From Candidatus Latescibacterota bacterium (lineage in GTDB: Bacteria > Latescibacterota > UBA2968 > UBA8231): a stretch of 64,000 nucleotides of DNA. The stretch is taken from assembly GCA_965204725.1 (NCBI GenBank), contig OZ242005.1, forward strand, positions 4,352,001 through 4,416,000, given 5' to 3'. Shown piece after piece: positions 39,735 through 51,107 of the stretch. The translations under genes and the position numbers were made by a program. The notes under the pieces are model-generated. The model saw only the letters and a list, made by a program, of their open reading frames with translations. It was not told the origin of the DNA and did no database searches. The number at the start of each line of letters is the position of its first letter. Within the stretch, counting starts at the first letter, position 1.

Positions 39735-41009
39735 ATGCTAAAAAACTACATCAAAATCGCCCTCAAGGTCCTGTTGCGGCGCAAGGGCTTTACCGCCATC
39801 AGCCTCTTTACCATCAGCTTTACGCTCATGGTGCTGATGGTGGCGACGGCCTTGTTCGACCACGTCTTTGGCTCCTTCCCACCGGAGACTCGGGCGGATC
39901 GCACACTCATCCTGAGATCGTTGAAATGGGGAAGCCCGGAGGAAAGCCTGCTCATCCAAGGGCCCAGTTACGCCTTTTTGGTCCGATATGTGTCCGTTTC
40001 CTCGCTGGCTCATGCGGAAAAGGTGTCCATTTCCCAGTCCGGCACCTCTACGGAAACGACGTTCCGCAACGGCGAGAAGATCGAATCCGAGTTCAAGTAC
40101 ACGGACGGGGCGTTCTGGGAGATCCTCGAATTCGACTTTCTCGCAGGCCGCCCCTATACAGAAAAGGAGGTCGAGGAGGCTCAGCGGGTGGCCGTGATCA
40201 ACGAGGCGACGCGCCGGGCGTTCTTCGGGAACGGTCGAGCCGTGGGGCAACATATCGAGGTCAAGGGACGCCCTTTTCGCGTAGTGGGGGTCGTGTCCAA
40301 CGTGCCGGCATTCCGCATGGTGCCCTTTGCCGATATCTGGGCGCCCGTCACCGCCCAAGAAACGGACGCGTACCGACGGTACGATGCGCCATTTGGTCAC
40401 TTTCAGGCGTTGATCTTGGCGCGCAGTGCGGCCGAAGTACCGCTTATCAAAGAGGAATTCGCCGATGTGCTCACCCGGGTCGAATATCCCAATCCCGACT
40501 ACACCAACCGCGTCACGGGCGGCCCCACAACGCTGTTTGAATCGGCTTTGAGTGTCGTGTTCGCCTTCAGTACGACAAACAGCGCCGACATGGCGACCCC
40601 GATGGCTGGCGTTCTGGCCTCGATCTTCATGCTGGCCTTGATCTTCATGCTCTTGCCGGTGGTCAGCTTGGTCAACATCAACGTCACCCGCATCTTGGAG
40701 CGCGCTTCTGAGATCGGCGTCCGCAAGGCATTCGGCGGGTCTTCGCTCACCTTGGTCGGGCAATTCGTGGTGGAAAACATCATTCTCACGCTCTTGGGCG
40801 GTGCCTTGGGACTGGTTTTTACTTTTCTCGTCCTGCAAGCGCTCGGCGCCAGCGACATTGTGCAATACGCCGAATTCCACCTGAACCATCGCATCTTCCT
40901 CTACGGCTTGGCCATGAGCCTAGTCTTCGGTCTGATTTCTGGCGTCTATCCGGCGTGGAAAATGTCGCGCCTGCATATCGTAGAGGCTCTCAGAAGGAGG
41001 AAGCAATGA
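39735..41009 (+). CDS. ABC transporter permease (MacB/FtsX type)
   Basis: MLKNYIKIALKVLLRRK, ERASEIGVRKAFG, SGVYPAWKMSR. Confidence 0.9.
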   Translation: MLKNYIKIALKVLLRRKGFTAISLFTISFTLMVLMVATALFDHVFGSFPPETRADRTLILRSLKWGSPEESLLIQGPSYAFLVRYVSVSSLAHAEKVSISQSGTSTETTFRNGEKIESEFKYTDGAFWEILEFDFLAGRPYTEKEVEEAQRVAVINEATRRAFFGNGRAVGQHIEVKGRPFRVVGVVSNVPAFRMVPFADIWAPVTAQETDAYRRYDAPFGHFQALILARSAAEVPLIKEEFADVLTRVEYPNPDYTNRVTGGPTTLFESALSVVFAFSTTNSADMATPMAGVLASIFMLALIFMLLPVVSLVNINVTRILERASEIGVRKAFGGSSLTLVGQFVVENIILTLLGGALGLVFTFLVLQALGASDIVQYAEFHLNHRIFLYGLAMSLVFGLISGVYPAWKMSRLHIVEALRRRKQ

Positions 41010-42178
41010 TACGCCATCTCTGCACACTCGTCTGGAACCGCAAAAGGGCGAACGCGCTAACCGCCTTCCAGATATTCATTTCTTTTTTACTCGTTTTTAT
41101 CACGGCCTCCTTCGCCATGGACAAAATCGACAATTACCGGCGGCCCCTCGGGTTTTCCTACGAAGATAGATGGGTCGTGTTCTTCGGGCCGGACGAGGCC
41201 AGGCAGGCGGACAGCGAGGCGGCTGCGCCCAGTCGCAGACAGGTCTATCTGGCCTTGGAGGAGTTCGACTGGGTTGAGTCGGTCGCCGCGTCGCACGTCG
41301 GAGCAACCCCCTATCTGTTCGTTTATATGTATCCCTTTGCCGTTGATGGACAAATGGTTGCTACGGCCGGTGTTTCGGACGAGTTACACCAGACGCTCGG
41401 GCTGGATTTGGTCCGCGGGCGGTGGTTTGGCGAGGAGGACGCGGCTCTCGACTGGGAGCCACTCGTGATAACCCAGCCGCTCAGCGAAGCGCTCTTTGGC
41501 CGTGAAGACCCCATCGGCCAGCGGGTCGAACAGTGGACGGGTGATGACGACGCCCGGGTGATTGGGGTGGTCTCCGCCTATCGTCGCAGCGGGGAGCTTT
41601 CCGGCGGAGGTTTCTTCTTGTTCAGTCGCCTGAGTGAAGACGAAGAGCGCGGTAATTTTTTAGTCCACGTGCGTCCCGGTACGCCCTTAGCGGCCCAAGA
41701 GCAAATTGACAGACGGCTCAAGGCCATGGCTCCGGGATACCAAGTTGACATTAAGACCTTGGCAGAGCATCGCGCCTCGTCGTTCAAGTTGACCCTAGTG
41801 CCCTTGGTCACCCTCGGGGTGGTCTCGGTGTTGGTGCTGGGCATGGTGGCTTTGTCGTTGAGCGGCGTGCTGTGGCAGCAGACGACGCTGAGAACCGAGG
41901 AGATCGGCCTGAGAAGGGCCTTGGGAGGGTCGGCGGCCAGTATTTACGCCCAGTTGACGGGCGAGATCGTGGTGGTTGCCAGCATCGGCGTGGTCGCTGG
42001 TCTGCTGCTCGTCGTGCAATTCCCGCTGATAGGGCTGCTCAAATACACGGGCGGGATATACGCGCTCAGTTGCGCCTTTGCGGCTCTGGTGATTTACGGT
42101 CTCGTCGTCGCGTCCAGCCTGTATCCCGGGCGGCTGGCCTGCCGCATCCGGCCGGTTGAGGCCCTGCGCCACGAATGA
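41006..42178 (+). CDS. ABC transporter permease (MacB/FtsX type), second subunit
   Basis: MIRHLCTLVWNRKRAN, RTEEIGLRRALG, PVEALRHE; ATGA overlap. Confidence 0.9.
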   Translation: MIRHLCTLVWNRKRANALTAFQIFISFLLVFITASFAMDKIDNYRRPLGFSYEDRWVVFFGPDEARQADSEAAAPSRRQVYLALEEFDWVESVAASHVGATPYLFVYMYPFAVDGQMVATAGVSDELHQTLGLDLVRGRWFGEEDAALDWEPLVITQPLSEALFGREDPIGQRVEQWTGDDDARVIGVVSAYRRSGELSGGGFFLFSRLSEDEERGNFLVHVRPGTPLAAQEQIDRRLKAMAPGYQVDIKTLAEHRASSFKLTLVPLVTLGVVSVLVLGMVALSLSGVLWQQTTLRTEEIGLRRALGGSAASIYAQLTGEIVVVASIGVVAGLLLVVQFPLIGLLKYTGGIYALSCAFAALVIYGLVVASSLYPGRLACRIRPVEALRHE

Positions 42179-42227
42179 GTAGAAGCTCAAGTAGGCTCAA
42201 ACGCACCTCATCCCATAGGAGGATACC

Positions 42228-43448
42228 ATGAAACCGATCAAACCTGTAATCGCCATCATCGCCATCGTCGCCGTTGCGTTCCATTGTGGGCCGGCCGACG
42301 CGGAGCGTATCACGGCAAAGATGGAATCCGTGCGTGAGGATTCCGCAGAGCACCTCTTCCAGCCTATGCTGATACGGTTCCCGCTCGGTGCGGAGTTGAC
42401 GGAAGGACTGCCCGAGATACAATCGGTTGCCGGGCTGGACATCCATGAGCCGCTGCACACCCGCCTATCGTTCTTAGATTCGCCGGCTGCGCCGATTGTT
42501 GTACTAGGACAGGATAGCGACGGGCAGGACATGGCCTTCGCCGTGGCCGATTCGACCGCCCAGCCGCAGCGACTCCAGCTCACGGAGGGTTTTTCCAAAT
42601 TCATTCAACTTGAGGCCCTACAATCCGAGCTAGTCGTGCCCTTGGCGGGTCAAGCACCTGAGTTTACGCTCGAACTCGTGCTCAGCCGCGAACACAATAC
42701 CGTGCTGCATCGCAACCTCGAACTGCGGCTAGGCGAAGCCGACATCGGCGGCCAACGCTATGCCATAGCCCTAATGAGAGATCCGCGCTTCGGCACCTAC
42801 TCCATACCCGCCGATTCGGTGGGGATCACGTTTTATCACCTTGCGATTGACCTTGACAGGGACGGAATCTTCCTGACTCAAACGGATTCTCAGTCCAACG
42901 CGCAGGTGAACGAGGTTTTCGAGGGAACCAAGCCCTTCTTGAGCAACGGTCGGGCCTACGAACTGACCCACGTGTCGGCGACGGGAGATCGGCTGACTAT
43001 CGAGCGCAGCAAGCAAACGGTCGCTCTCGCCGTGGGCTTTGAGATGCCACATGTCGCCGTTACTCGGCTCGATAGCAGCACGATCGACCTGACGGCACTG
43101 CGCGGCAAGCCCGTAGTCATCAATTGGTGGCAAACCTTCTGCGGCCCCTGCATCCGGGAGATTCCCGAACTCAACGAGCTAGTCGAAAAGTACGCCGACT
43201 ACGACGTCGAGTTCCTCGCCATCGCTGACAATGAAATGGCGGAGTTGACGCCGTTTCTGAAGAAGCATCCGTTCACTTACGACATCGCTTTGGCAAATGA
43301 CAAAGCCGTGCAGGTTTTCGGTCAAGGTTATCCGCGTCATACAATCATAGACCGCGAAGGGAAAGTCGCCTACGATGTCCTTGGTTACAGTGCCGATGCC
43401 ACCGACAAGATGGACGCGGTTATCGGCTCGCTGTTGAGCGAGCTCTGA
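42228..43448 (+). CDS. Exported TlpA/ResA-like thiol-disulfide oxidoreductase with long N-terminal extension, copy 1
   Basis: Signal peptide with Cys (possible lipoprotein); GKPVVINWWQTFCGPCIREIPEL; GYP cis-Pro loop; DLDRDG motif. Confidence 0.85.
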   Translation: MKPIKPVIAIIAIVAVAFHCGPADAERITAKMESVREDSAEHLFQPMLIRFPLGAELTEGLPEIQSVAGLDIHEPLHTRLSFLDSPAAPIVVLGQDSDGQDMAFAVADSTAQPQRLQLTEGFSKFIQLEALQSELVVPLAGQAPEFTLELVLSREHNTVLHRNLELRLGEADIGGQRYAIALMRDPRFGTYSIPADSVGITFYHLAIDLDRDGIFLTQTDSQSNAQVNEVFEGTKPFLSNGRAYELTHVSATGDRLTIERSKQTVALAVGFEMPHVAVTRLDSSTIDLTALRGKPVVINWWQTFCGPCIREIPELNELVEKYADYDVEFLAIADNEMAELTPFLKKHPFTYDIALANDKAVQVFGQGYPRHTIIDREGKVAYDVLGYSADATDKMDAVIGSLLSEL

Positions 43449-43490
43449 GCTTTCTACTGCTACGCATTCCACATCCCATAGGAGGATACC

Positions 43491-44714
43491 ATGAAACCGA
43501 TCAAGTCTGTAATCGCCATAATCGCCATCGTCGCTGCTGCGTTCCGTTGTGGGCCGGCCGACGCGGGGCGTATCACGGCAAAGATGGAATCCGTGCGCGA
43601 GGATTCCGCAGAGCATCTCTTTCAGCCTTCTCAGAGTCGCGGGCTGACCGGCCAGTTGTTGATAGAAGGCTTGCCCGAGATTCAATCGGTTGCCGGGCTG
43701 GACATCCATGAGCCCCTGCACGCCCGCCTGTTATTTCGCGATTCGCCAGCGGAGCCGATTGTCATAGTGGGACAGGATAGCGACGGACAGGACATGGCCT
43801 TTGTTGTTGCCGACTCCACCGCGCAGCCGCAGCAACTCCAGACCACTGGCGACTTTTTCGAGCGCATTCGAGATGAGGCTCTGTACACTGAGATGACCGT
43901 ACCCGCGGCTGGGCAAGTGCCTGAGTTTGAGGTCGAGCTCTTGATCAATCGGGGAAAATACAATGCCGTGCTGCATCGCAATCTCGAACTGCGGTGGGGC
44001 GAAGCCGACATTGGCGGCCAACGCTATGCCATAGCCTTAGTGAGGGATCCGAGTTTTGGAACCTACGCCTTACCCGCCGACTCACTTGGACAGGCTTTTC
44101 ACGAGCTCATGATTGACCGCGACGGGGATGGCGTATTCCTGACTTCCCTATACGGCCAAACCGAGGTGCTGGAGGACGAGGTTTTCGAGGTCAACGAACC
44201 CTTCTTGATCGGCGGTCAGGCATACAAACTGACCCACGTGTCGGCGACGGGAGATCAGTTGGTGATCGAGCGCAGCGAGCAAACGGTCGCCCTCGCCGTG
44301 GGCTTTGAGATGCCGCCTGTCGCCGTTACTCGGCCCGATAGCAGCACTATCGACCTGACGGCACTGCGCGGCAAGCCCGTAGTCATCAACTGGTGGCAAA
44401 CCTTCTGTCCGCCCTGCATCACGGAGATTCCCGAACTCAACGAACTGGTCGAGAAGTACGCCAACCACGACATCGAGTTCCTCGCCATCGCCGACAATGA
44501 AATGGCGGAGTTGACGCCGTTTCTGAAGAAGCATCCGTTCACTTACGACGTCGCCTTGGGGGATGACGAGGCCGTGCAGATTTTCGGCCAAGGTTATCCG
44601 CGTCATGTGATCATAGACAGCGAAGGGAAAGTCACCTACGATGTCCTTGGTTACAGTCCTGATATCACGGACCGGATGGACGCGGTTATCGGCTCGCTGC
44701 TGAGCGAGCTCTGA
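43491..44714 (+). CDS. Exported TlpA/ResA-like thiol-disulfide oxidoreductase, copy 2
   Basis: Same architecture; CPPC active site; DRDGDG motif. Confidence 0.85.
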   Translation: MKPIKSVIAIIAIVAAAFRCGPADAGRITAKMESVREDSAEHLFQPSQSRGLTGQLLIEGLPEIQSVAGLDIHEPLHARLLFRDSPAEPIVIVGQDSDGQDMAFVVADSTAQPQQLQTTGDFFERIRDEALYTEMTVPAAGQVPEFEVELLINRGKYNAVLHRNLELRWGEADIGGQRYAIALVRDPSFGTYALPADSLGQAFHELMIDRDGDGVFLTSLYGQTEVLEDEVFEVNEPFLIGGQAYKLTHVSATGDQLVIERSEQTVALAVGFEMPPVAVTRPDSSTIDLTALRGKPVVINWWQTFCPPCITEIPELNELVEKYANHDIEFLAIADNEMAELTPFLKKHPFTYDVALGDDEAVQIFGQGYPRHVIIDSEGKVTYDVLGYSPDITDRMDAVIGSLLSEL

Positions 44715-44797
44715 GCTTTCTACAAGCTTTCACCGGAGCTATTCGTTTCAAAGATGGTTCTGTCATAGGCACTGATCCACGAGTGAACCGGGGTGTT

Positions 44798-47266
44798 ATG
44801 GAATGCAAAAAAAGTAACGCGAATTTGCTTTTGACGATGGCCGCCTTGGCCGCCTTATGGGCCGTTCCCGCAGTCCATGCCCAGCCGTGGTTGGTGCGCG
44901 GCACTGTCACTGACGCGGCTACCGGGCAACCCCTGCCTGCGGCTACCGTACAACTAGCCGGCACCTATCGCGGAACCATAGCTAACGACGAGGGCGAGTA
45001 CTCGCTCAAGGTGCAGCAGTTACCGGCGACGCTGAAAGTGAGTTATATCGGCTACGTCTCCCAAGAGCAGTCCGTCCGCGGAATCGGGGATGCCAGCACC
45101 CCTGCGGAGCGGGTCGATTTCGCCTTGACGCCCGTGCCCTTTCTGCTCGACCCCATCGTGGTGACGGCCGAAACCTCAGCTGAGGGCATCATGCGCCAAG
45201 TCATCCGCCGCAAACAAACGTGGCGGCCCAGCTTGGCCAGCTATCAGGCACAAGCCTATGCCCGGCGCGTTTTGGAAAACGAAGAAGGCATCGTCTCAAT
45301 CGGCGAATTGGCCTCGGAAATTTACTGGGAGCGGGAGCGGGGACTGCGCGAAGTGGTCAAGTCGAGGCGTGTGACCCAAAATTTGGATGCCCAAGAAGAA
45401 TACATCTCGGCCTTTGCGGGGTTTGCGAACTTCTACGACGACGATATCCCCTTTATCGGCCACACCCTGATCGGGCCGACCCATCCCGATGCCCTCAAGC
45501 ACTACCGCTTCCACTTGATCGGCCAGCACTATTTGGACGATCAGGTCGTATTCAACATCTCGGTTGAGCCAAAAAACAAATTGCAAGCCGCTTTTGTCGG
45601 CCGCATCGCCGTACTGGACGAGGATTTTGCCTTGCTCGAAGTAGAACTGGCCCCCAGCCGGGCGACCACGACCTCGGCCATTCCCCTGCCCCTAATTGAG
45701 TACATGGATTTCGCCTACCAACAACAGTTCCGCGGCTTCGCCGGAGGGGTGTGGCTGCCGGTCGATTTCCGAGCTTCTATGGCAGTAAAAATCAGCATGG
45801 TGGGGCTGCATGTTCCCGCGATCAAGTACAATGTGGTGACGCGGCTGAGCGATTACCAAGTCAATGTCGATATGCCCGACACGCTCTATGCCAGCGAGGA
45901 GGTTCTACGGGTCGATTCGCTGGCCGTGGCCCAAGACAGTTCCTTTGCCCGGCTAGCCGACAAAGTGCCCCTATCAGCGCGGGAACAAGCCGCTTATGCC
46001 ACCATCGACAGCACTATGCAGCCCCACCATGCCTTCCGGCCAACGGGTTTCCTCGCCCGTTTATTGGTCAAGGATCAAGCGGAGCAGACAGAGGAAGAGA
46101 CGAAGAAGCAAACGGAACCGGCACAGGAGCGGGCGAAATCGTCGCGCTGGCTGGGATCGATCGAACTGAAGCCCGTTTTGCGATACGACAGGGTCGGTGG
46201 GGCGCATTTGGGGTTGGAGGGGAACCGGGGGCTGGGGGGCGGCCTAGAGGCCGGGGCCGGGGCCGGGTACAACGTTGGTCTGGAGCGCTGGTCTTACCGG
46301 GGCCGGGTCGGCTGGCAGCGGACAGCGGGTACGGCGGTTTTGGAGTACGGGAGAGGCCCGGTGCCGCGCATTCCTTCGGATAGCTATCCTCTTTTGCTCA
46401 ACAGCGGCCAGTTCCTGTTGGGCCTAGACGACTATTTCGATTACTACTGGAACGAAAGACTGCGCGGGCGGCTTCATCTTTCCCTGCCGAGCCAAGTCGG
46501 CTTGGCAGTGGGCTTTAACCACGAGGAGCATTCTTCGCTACAGGAGACGAGTTCTTTCAGTCTGTTGAATCGGGACTGGAGACCACGGCCCAATCCGGCG
46601 ATTGAGGAAAGTCGGCTGCGCTCGGTAGAGGCGAGCCTCGAATGGGGCGGGCCGTACCAGCCTTTTGGAATAACGACCAACCGGCGGGTCGCAGTGGGAG
46701 TGGAGCACAGCAGGGCCGGACTGGGCAGCGACTTTTCCTTTACCCGCTTGCGCTTAGCCTTGGACGGCCATTTCAAGACCTTCCTCAAGCGCCGCATCAC
46801 GCCGAACGCGCTTGACGTGCGGGTAGTAGCGGGATACTCAATCGGCGATGTGCCAGTGCAGCGCTTTGGAGCCTTGGAGGCCAGCATGGGCTTTTTCTCT
46901 CCGTTTGGCACTTTCCGCACGGTGCGCGGCCATCCCTATGAGGGGCAACATTACGCGGCGCTGTACTGGGAGCACAACTTCAAGACCACGCCCTTTGAGC
47001 TATTGGGGCTGTGGGATTGGGCCATGCGGGGCACTGGACTGGTGGTACACGGTGCTTCGGGGCGGACGTGGATTGACCCAGAGCAGCGAGCCAAACTGGG
47101 GTACGATCCGCGCTATGAGGCGAGTTTCCACCATGAGGCGGGAGTCTCGCTCATGCTATACCATCTGCTGCGCTTCGATTTTACCCGACGCTTGGACCAG
47201 CCCGGCTGGAGCGTGGGGTTGAGTTCGGTGCGTTTTGATTTTGAGGGAGCAGTTACTATAGAGTAA
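44798..47266 (+). CDS. Outer-membrane/secreted protein with an N-terminal carboxypeptidase-regulatory-like domain (DUF5686-like)
   Basis: Signal peptide; VRGTVTDAATGQPLPAATV..GTIANDEGEYSL..VSYIGY; beta-rich C-half; start uncertain (44783/44798/44837). Confidence 0.72.
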   Translation: MECKKSNANLLLTMAALAALWAVPAVHAQPWLVRGTVTDAATGQPLPAATVQLAGTYRGTIANDEGEYSLKVQQLPATLKVSYIGYVSQEQSVRGIGDASTPAERVDFALTPVPFLLDPIVVTAETSAEGIMRQVIRRKQTWRPSLASYQAQAYARRVLENEEGIVSIGELASEIYWERERGLREVVKSRRVTQNLDAQEEYISAFAGFANFYDDDIPFIGHTLIGPTHPDALKHYRFHLIGQHYLDDQVVFNISVEPKNKLQAAFVGRIAVLDEDFALLEVELAPSRATTTSAIPLPLIEYMDFAYQQQFRGFAGGVWLPVDFRASMAVKISMVGLHVPAIKYNVVTRLSDYQVNVDMPDTLYASEEVLRVDSLAVAQDSSFARLADKVPLSAREQAAYATIDSTMQPHHAFRPTGFLARLLVKDQAEQTEEETKKQTEPAQERAKSSRWLGSIELKPVLRYDRVGGAHLGLEGNRGLGGGLEAGAGAGYNVGLERWSYRGRVGWQRTAGTAVLEYGRGPVPRIPSDSYPLLLNSGQFLLGLDDYFDYYWNERLRGRLHLSLPSQVGLAVGFNHEEHSSLQETSSFSLLNRDWRPRPNPAIEESRLRSVEASLEWGGPYQPFGITTNRRVAVGVEHSRAGLGSDFSFTRLRLALDGHFKTFLKRRITPNALDVRVVAGYSIGDVPVQRFGALEASMGFFSPFGTFRTVRGHPYEGQHYAALYWEHNFKTTPFELLGLWDWAMRGTGLVVHGASGRTWIDPEQRAKLGYDPRYEASFHHEAGVSLMLYHLLRFDFTRRLDQPGWSVGLSSVRFDFEGAVTIE

Positions 47267-47299
47267 GGAGGATGTAATTTTGAATTCACTCGCTTTGTC

Positions 47300-47368
47300 G
47301 AGTTTCGGGTGTGCTTCCGCTGGTCGGCTGCTGGCGCAGAAGATGTCGAGATCGTTGACTACCATTAA
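47300..47368 (+). pseudogene. higB: 3-prime fragment of a HigB (plasmid maintenance system killer) toxin gene
   Basis: Translates to EFRVCFRWSAAGAEDVEIVDYH-stop, the typical HigB C-terminus; no in-frame 5-prime part. Confidence 0.8.
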
Positions 47369-47392
47369 GAGCGAAGAGAATAGGACCAAGCG

Positions 47393-48759
<1,367 letters not shown>

Positions 48760-48763
<4 letters not shown>

Positions 48764-50061
48764 GCCTGCGCTCCAAACTCATCCTCTACCTGATCGGTAT
48801 TCACCTCGTATTCGCTGGGCTTGCTGGATACCTATTGAGAGCGGAGACGCCCTATCTATTGGGGCTTGAACTATTCTTCGTCCTGTCTTTTGCAGTCGGT
48901 GTGCGCCTGATCCAGCATTTTTGGGTGCCGCTCGATCTAATCCGCACGGGTGCCGAACTCATCGGCGAGCGCGATTTCACCAGCAAGTTCATCGAAGTGG
49001 GCCAGCCGGAAATGGATCAGCTCGTGCGCGTGTACAACCGCATGATTGATCAACTGCGCGAGGAGCGCACGCGGCTGCAGGAGCAGCACTACTTCATGGA
49101 CAAGATCCTGACGGCCTCACCATCGGGCATCATCACCCTCGACTTCGACGACAAAGTCGCCCTAGTCAACCCCAGCGCTAGCCGCCTGTTGGGGCTGGCC
49201 GAAAGCGCGGTGCTCGGCCAGCCATTGGACGAGTTGGGAACGGCATTCGCCCAAACCCTGCACACCTTGGCCATCGGCGAGTCGCAGGTGTTGCCGCTGC
49301 AAGGGCTGCGGGTGCGCTGCCACAAGGCGCAGTTTTTGGACCAAGGCTTCCCGCGCAGCTTTATCCTCATGGAGGAATTGACCGAGGAGTTGCGCCTTTC
49401 GGAGAAGGCGGCCTACGAGAAAGTTATCCGCCTGCTGGCACACGAGGTGAACAATTCAACAGGGGCGGTCAATTCCCTGCTGCACTCCTGCTCCAACTAC
49501 AAGGGGCAGTTGCGAGAGGCCGACCGCGGCGATTTTGCGAACGCCCTACAGGTGGCCATCGGCCGCATCGATCATCTCAGTGCCTTCATGCGCAGCTTTG
49601 CCGAGGTGGTCAAACTGCCGGTGCCGCACCCGCAGCCCGTGGATCTAGAAGCCCTGTTGCGCGACATCGCCCTGTTAATGCGCGCCGAGTGCGAGCGCTG
49701 CAACATCACGTGGAACTGGGATATTCAGGCGGACTTGGGACTCATCGCCATGGACGAAAACCAGATGGAGCAGGTGTTTGTCAATATCCTGAAAAATGCG
49801 GTGGAAGCCATTGGCAAAAACGGCGGGATAACGATTCGCCTCGGCAAGCTCCAAGACCGGCCCTTTGCCGTGGTCGAGGATACGGGCGCGGGGATCAACC
49901 CGGAAGCAGCCGAGAGTCTGTTCACGCCGTTTTTCAGCACCAAGGAAAACCGGCGGGGCCTCGGCCTAACGTTGGTCCAAGAGATTTTGAGCCGGCACGG
50001 TTTTGCCTTTTCCCTCGAAAGCCTTCCTGACGAGCCGACCCGTTTTACCATCCGCTTTTGA
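48760..50061 (+). CDS. Sensor histidine kinase (2 TM, HAMP-like, PAS, HATPase)
   Basis: AHEVNNS H-box; NILKNAVEA; DTGAGI; LFTPFFSTK; GLGL; TTG start overlapping the regulator stop. Confidence 0.92.
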
Positions 50062-50074
50062 ATGCCAGATGTAC

Positions 50075-50104
50075 TGGACGCACACAGGCGATAGGGCGTA
50101 TAAT
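50075..50104 (+). promoter_or_regulatory. Putative sigma70 promoter of the rpn gene
   Basis: TGGACG-N18-TATAAT upstream of ATG 50153. Confidence 0.45.
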
Positions 50105-50152
50105 GTTCTGTGCGCCAACCTCGAAATGTCCATCCGTGAGCATAAGACATCT

Positions 50153-51040
50153 ATGGCCGAATACGATACCATTTCCAAACACCTGATCCAAACCTATCCC
50201 GACGACTTCGTCCGCTTCACTCTCCAACGAGACGACGTGACGGCCTGCGAAGTCCTCAACCCGGAGCAACCCACTGTCGAAACCCGCCAAACCGATAGCC
50301 TCATTCGCGCCCAGATCGCCGGCGAAGAGGCGTTGGTCCATCACGAATTTCAAACCACCGACCACCCGCTCATGCCGCTCCGCATGGCCAGCTATATCGT
50401 CCGCGCCATTGAGCACCATCGCCAGCCGGTCTATTCCAGCGTGATCTACTTGCGGCCTGATGCCGGTCGGCGCGATCCGGGCTACTACGCCCAAGACCTG
50501 CCCGGCCACCGCATCTTAGTGCAATACAAGGTCATTCGATTGAGCGAGATCGAGGGGCAAGTTATTGTCCAAGCCGGTCCTTCGGGTTTGCTTCCTTTCA
50601 CGCCCTTGATGAAACGGCCGGCGGGCATGGGTGAAGAGGCGTGGTTGCGCCAGTGCATTCAGGCGACCCATGCGGGGCCGTTGGATCCGGCCGTCAAGGT
50701 TGACTTTTTGGGCGGCTTGGCGATACTGAGTGGGTTGGCCTACGAGTGGACCACCATTCAGCGTATTATTTCTCAGGAGGGTCTTATGGACACGATCATG
50801 CGCGAATCATCCTTTGCCCAATACCTCACCCAACAGGGCATTGAGCAGGGGGTCCGAAAACGCGCCGTTGAAGATATCCTTGACGTGTTGGAGATTCGTT
50901 TTGGGGCGGCCTCAGCCCACTCGTTTGCCGCCCGCATTGCCGCGATTAACGATTTGCACCTGCTCAAGCAGTTGCATCGCATGGCGGTGCAAGCAGCCGA
51001 TCTCGAGGTTTTTCAGCGGCACTTGGATACAGCAGAATGA
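50153..51040 (+). CDS. Rpn-family (recombination-promoting nuclease/putative transposase) PD-(D/E)xK protein
   Basis: YDTISKHL, QTDSLI, HHEFQT, MPLRMASY, VIYL, LLPFTPL, MRES..Y..QQGIEQG..LEIRFG. Confidence 0.85.
   Translation: MAEYDTISKHLIQTYPDDFVRFTLQRDDVTACEVLNPEQPTVETRQTDSLIRAQIAGEEALVHHEFQTTDHPLMPLRMASYIVRAIEHHRQPVYSSVIYLRPDAGRRDPGYYAQDLPGHRILVQYKVIRLSEIEGQVIVQAGPSGLLPFTPLMKRPAGMGEEAWLRQCIQATHAGPLDPAVKVDFLGGLAILSGLAYEWTTIQRIISQEGLMDTIMRESSFAQYLTQQGIEQGVRKRAVEDILDVLEIRFGAASAHSFAARIAAINDLHLLKQLHRMAVQAADLEVFQRHLDTAE
50786..51040 (+). CDS. Candidate in-frame internal small protein (RpnS-like, 84 aa)
   Basis: AGGAGG at 50775-50780, 5-nt spacer, then an in-frame ATG at the start of the C-terminal domain. 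Confidence 0.65.
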   Translation: MDTIMRESSFAQYLTQQGIEQGVRKRAVEDILDVLEIRFGAASAHSFAARIAAINDLHLLKQLHRMAVQAADLEVFQRHLDTAE

Positions 51041-51107
51041 CGCGAGGGGCCGCCTCGTGTCTCCCGTCCACATTCACCAAGCCGCGGGGAGGGCAGAATT
51101 GGAGGCC

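Larger units (their letters stand above)
42209..44723 (+). repeat. Tandem duplication of about 1.26 kb (42209-43457 and 43472-44723)
   Basis: Both units begin CATCCCATAGGAGGATACCATGAAACCGATCAA and end GAGCTCTGAGCTTTCTAC. Confidence 0.92.

Noticed and set aside
42209-44723. Duplicated genes as a diversity-generating retroelement TR/VR pair
   Set aside because: No reverse transcriptase in the window; both copies are full genes and the differences are not adenine-specific
47156-47389. 77-aa minus-strand ORF
   Set aside because: Antisense shadow of the higB fragment and of the upstream gene end
50153-51040. Rpn gene as an IS transposase
   Set aside because: No terminal inverted repeats or target duplication visible; the family is PD-(D/E)xK, not DDE
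50730-51107. Long N-terminal extension of the gluconolactonase ORF overlapping rpn
   Set aside because: An RBS-supported GTG at 51108 gives a normal-length protein; the extension is incidental open frame
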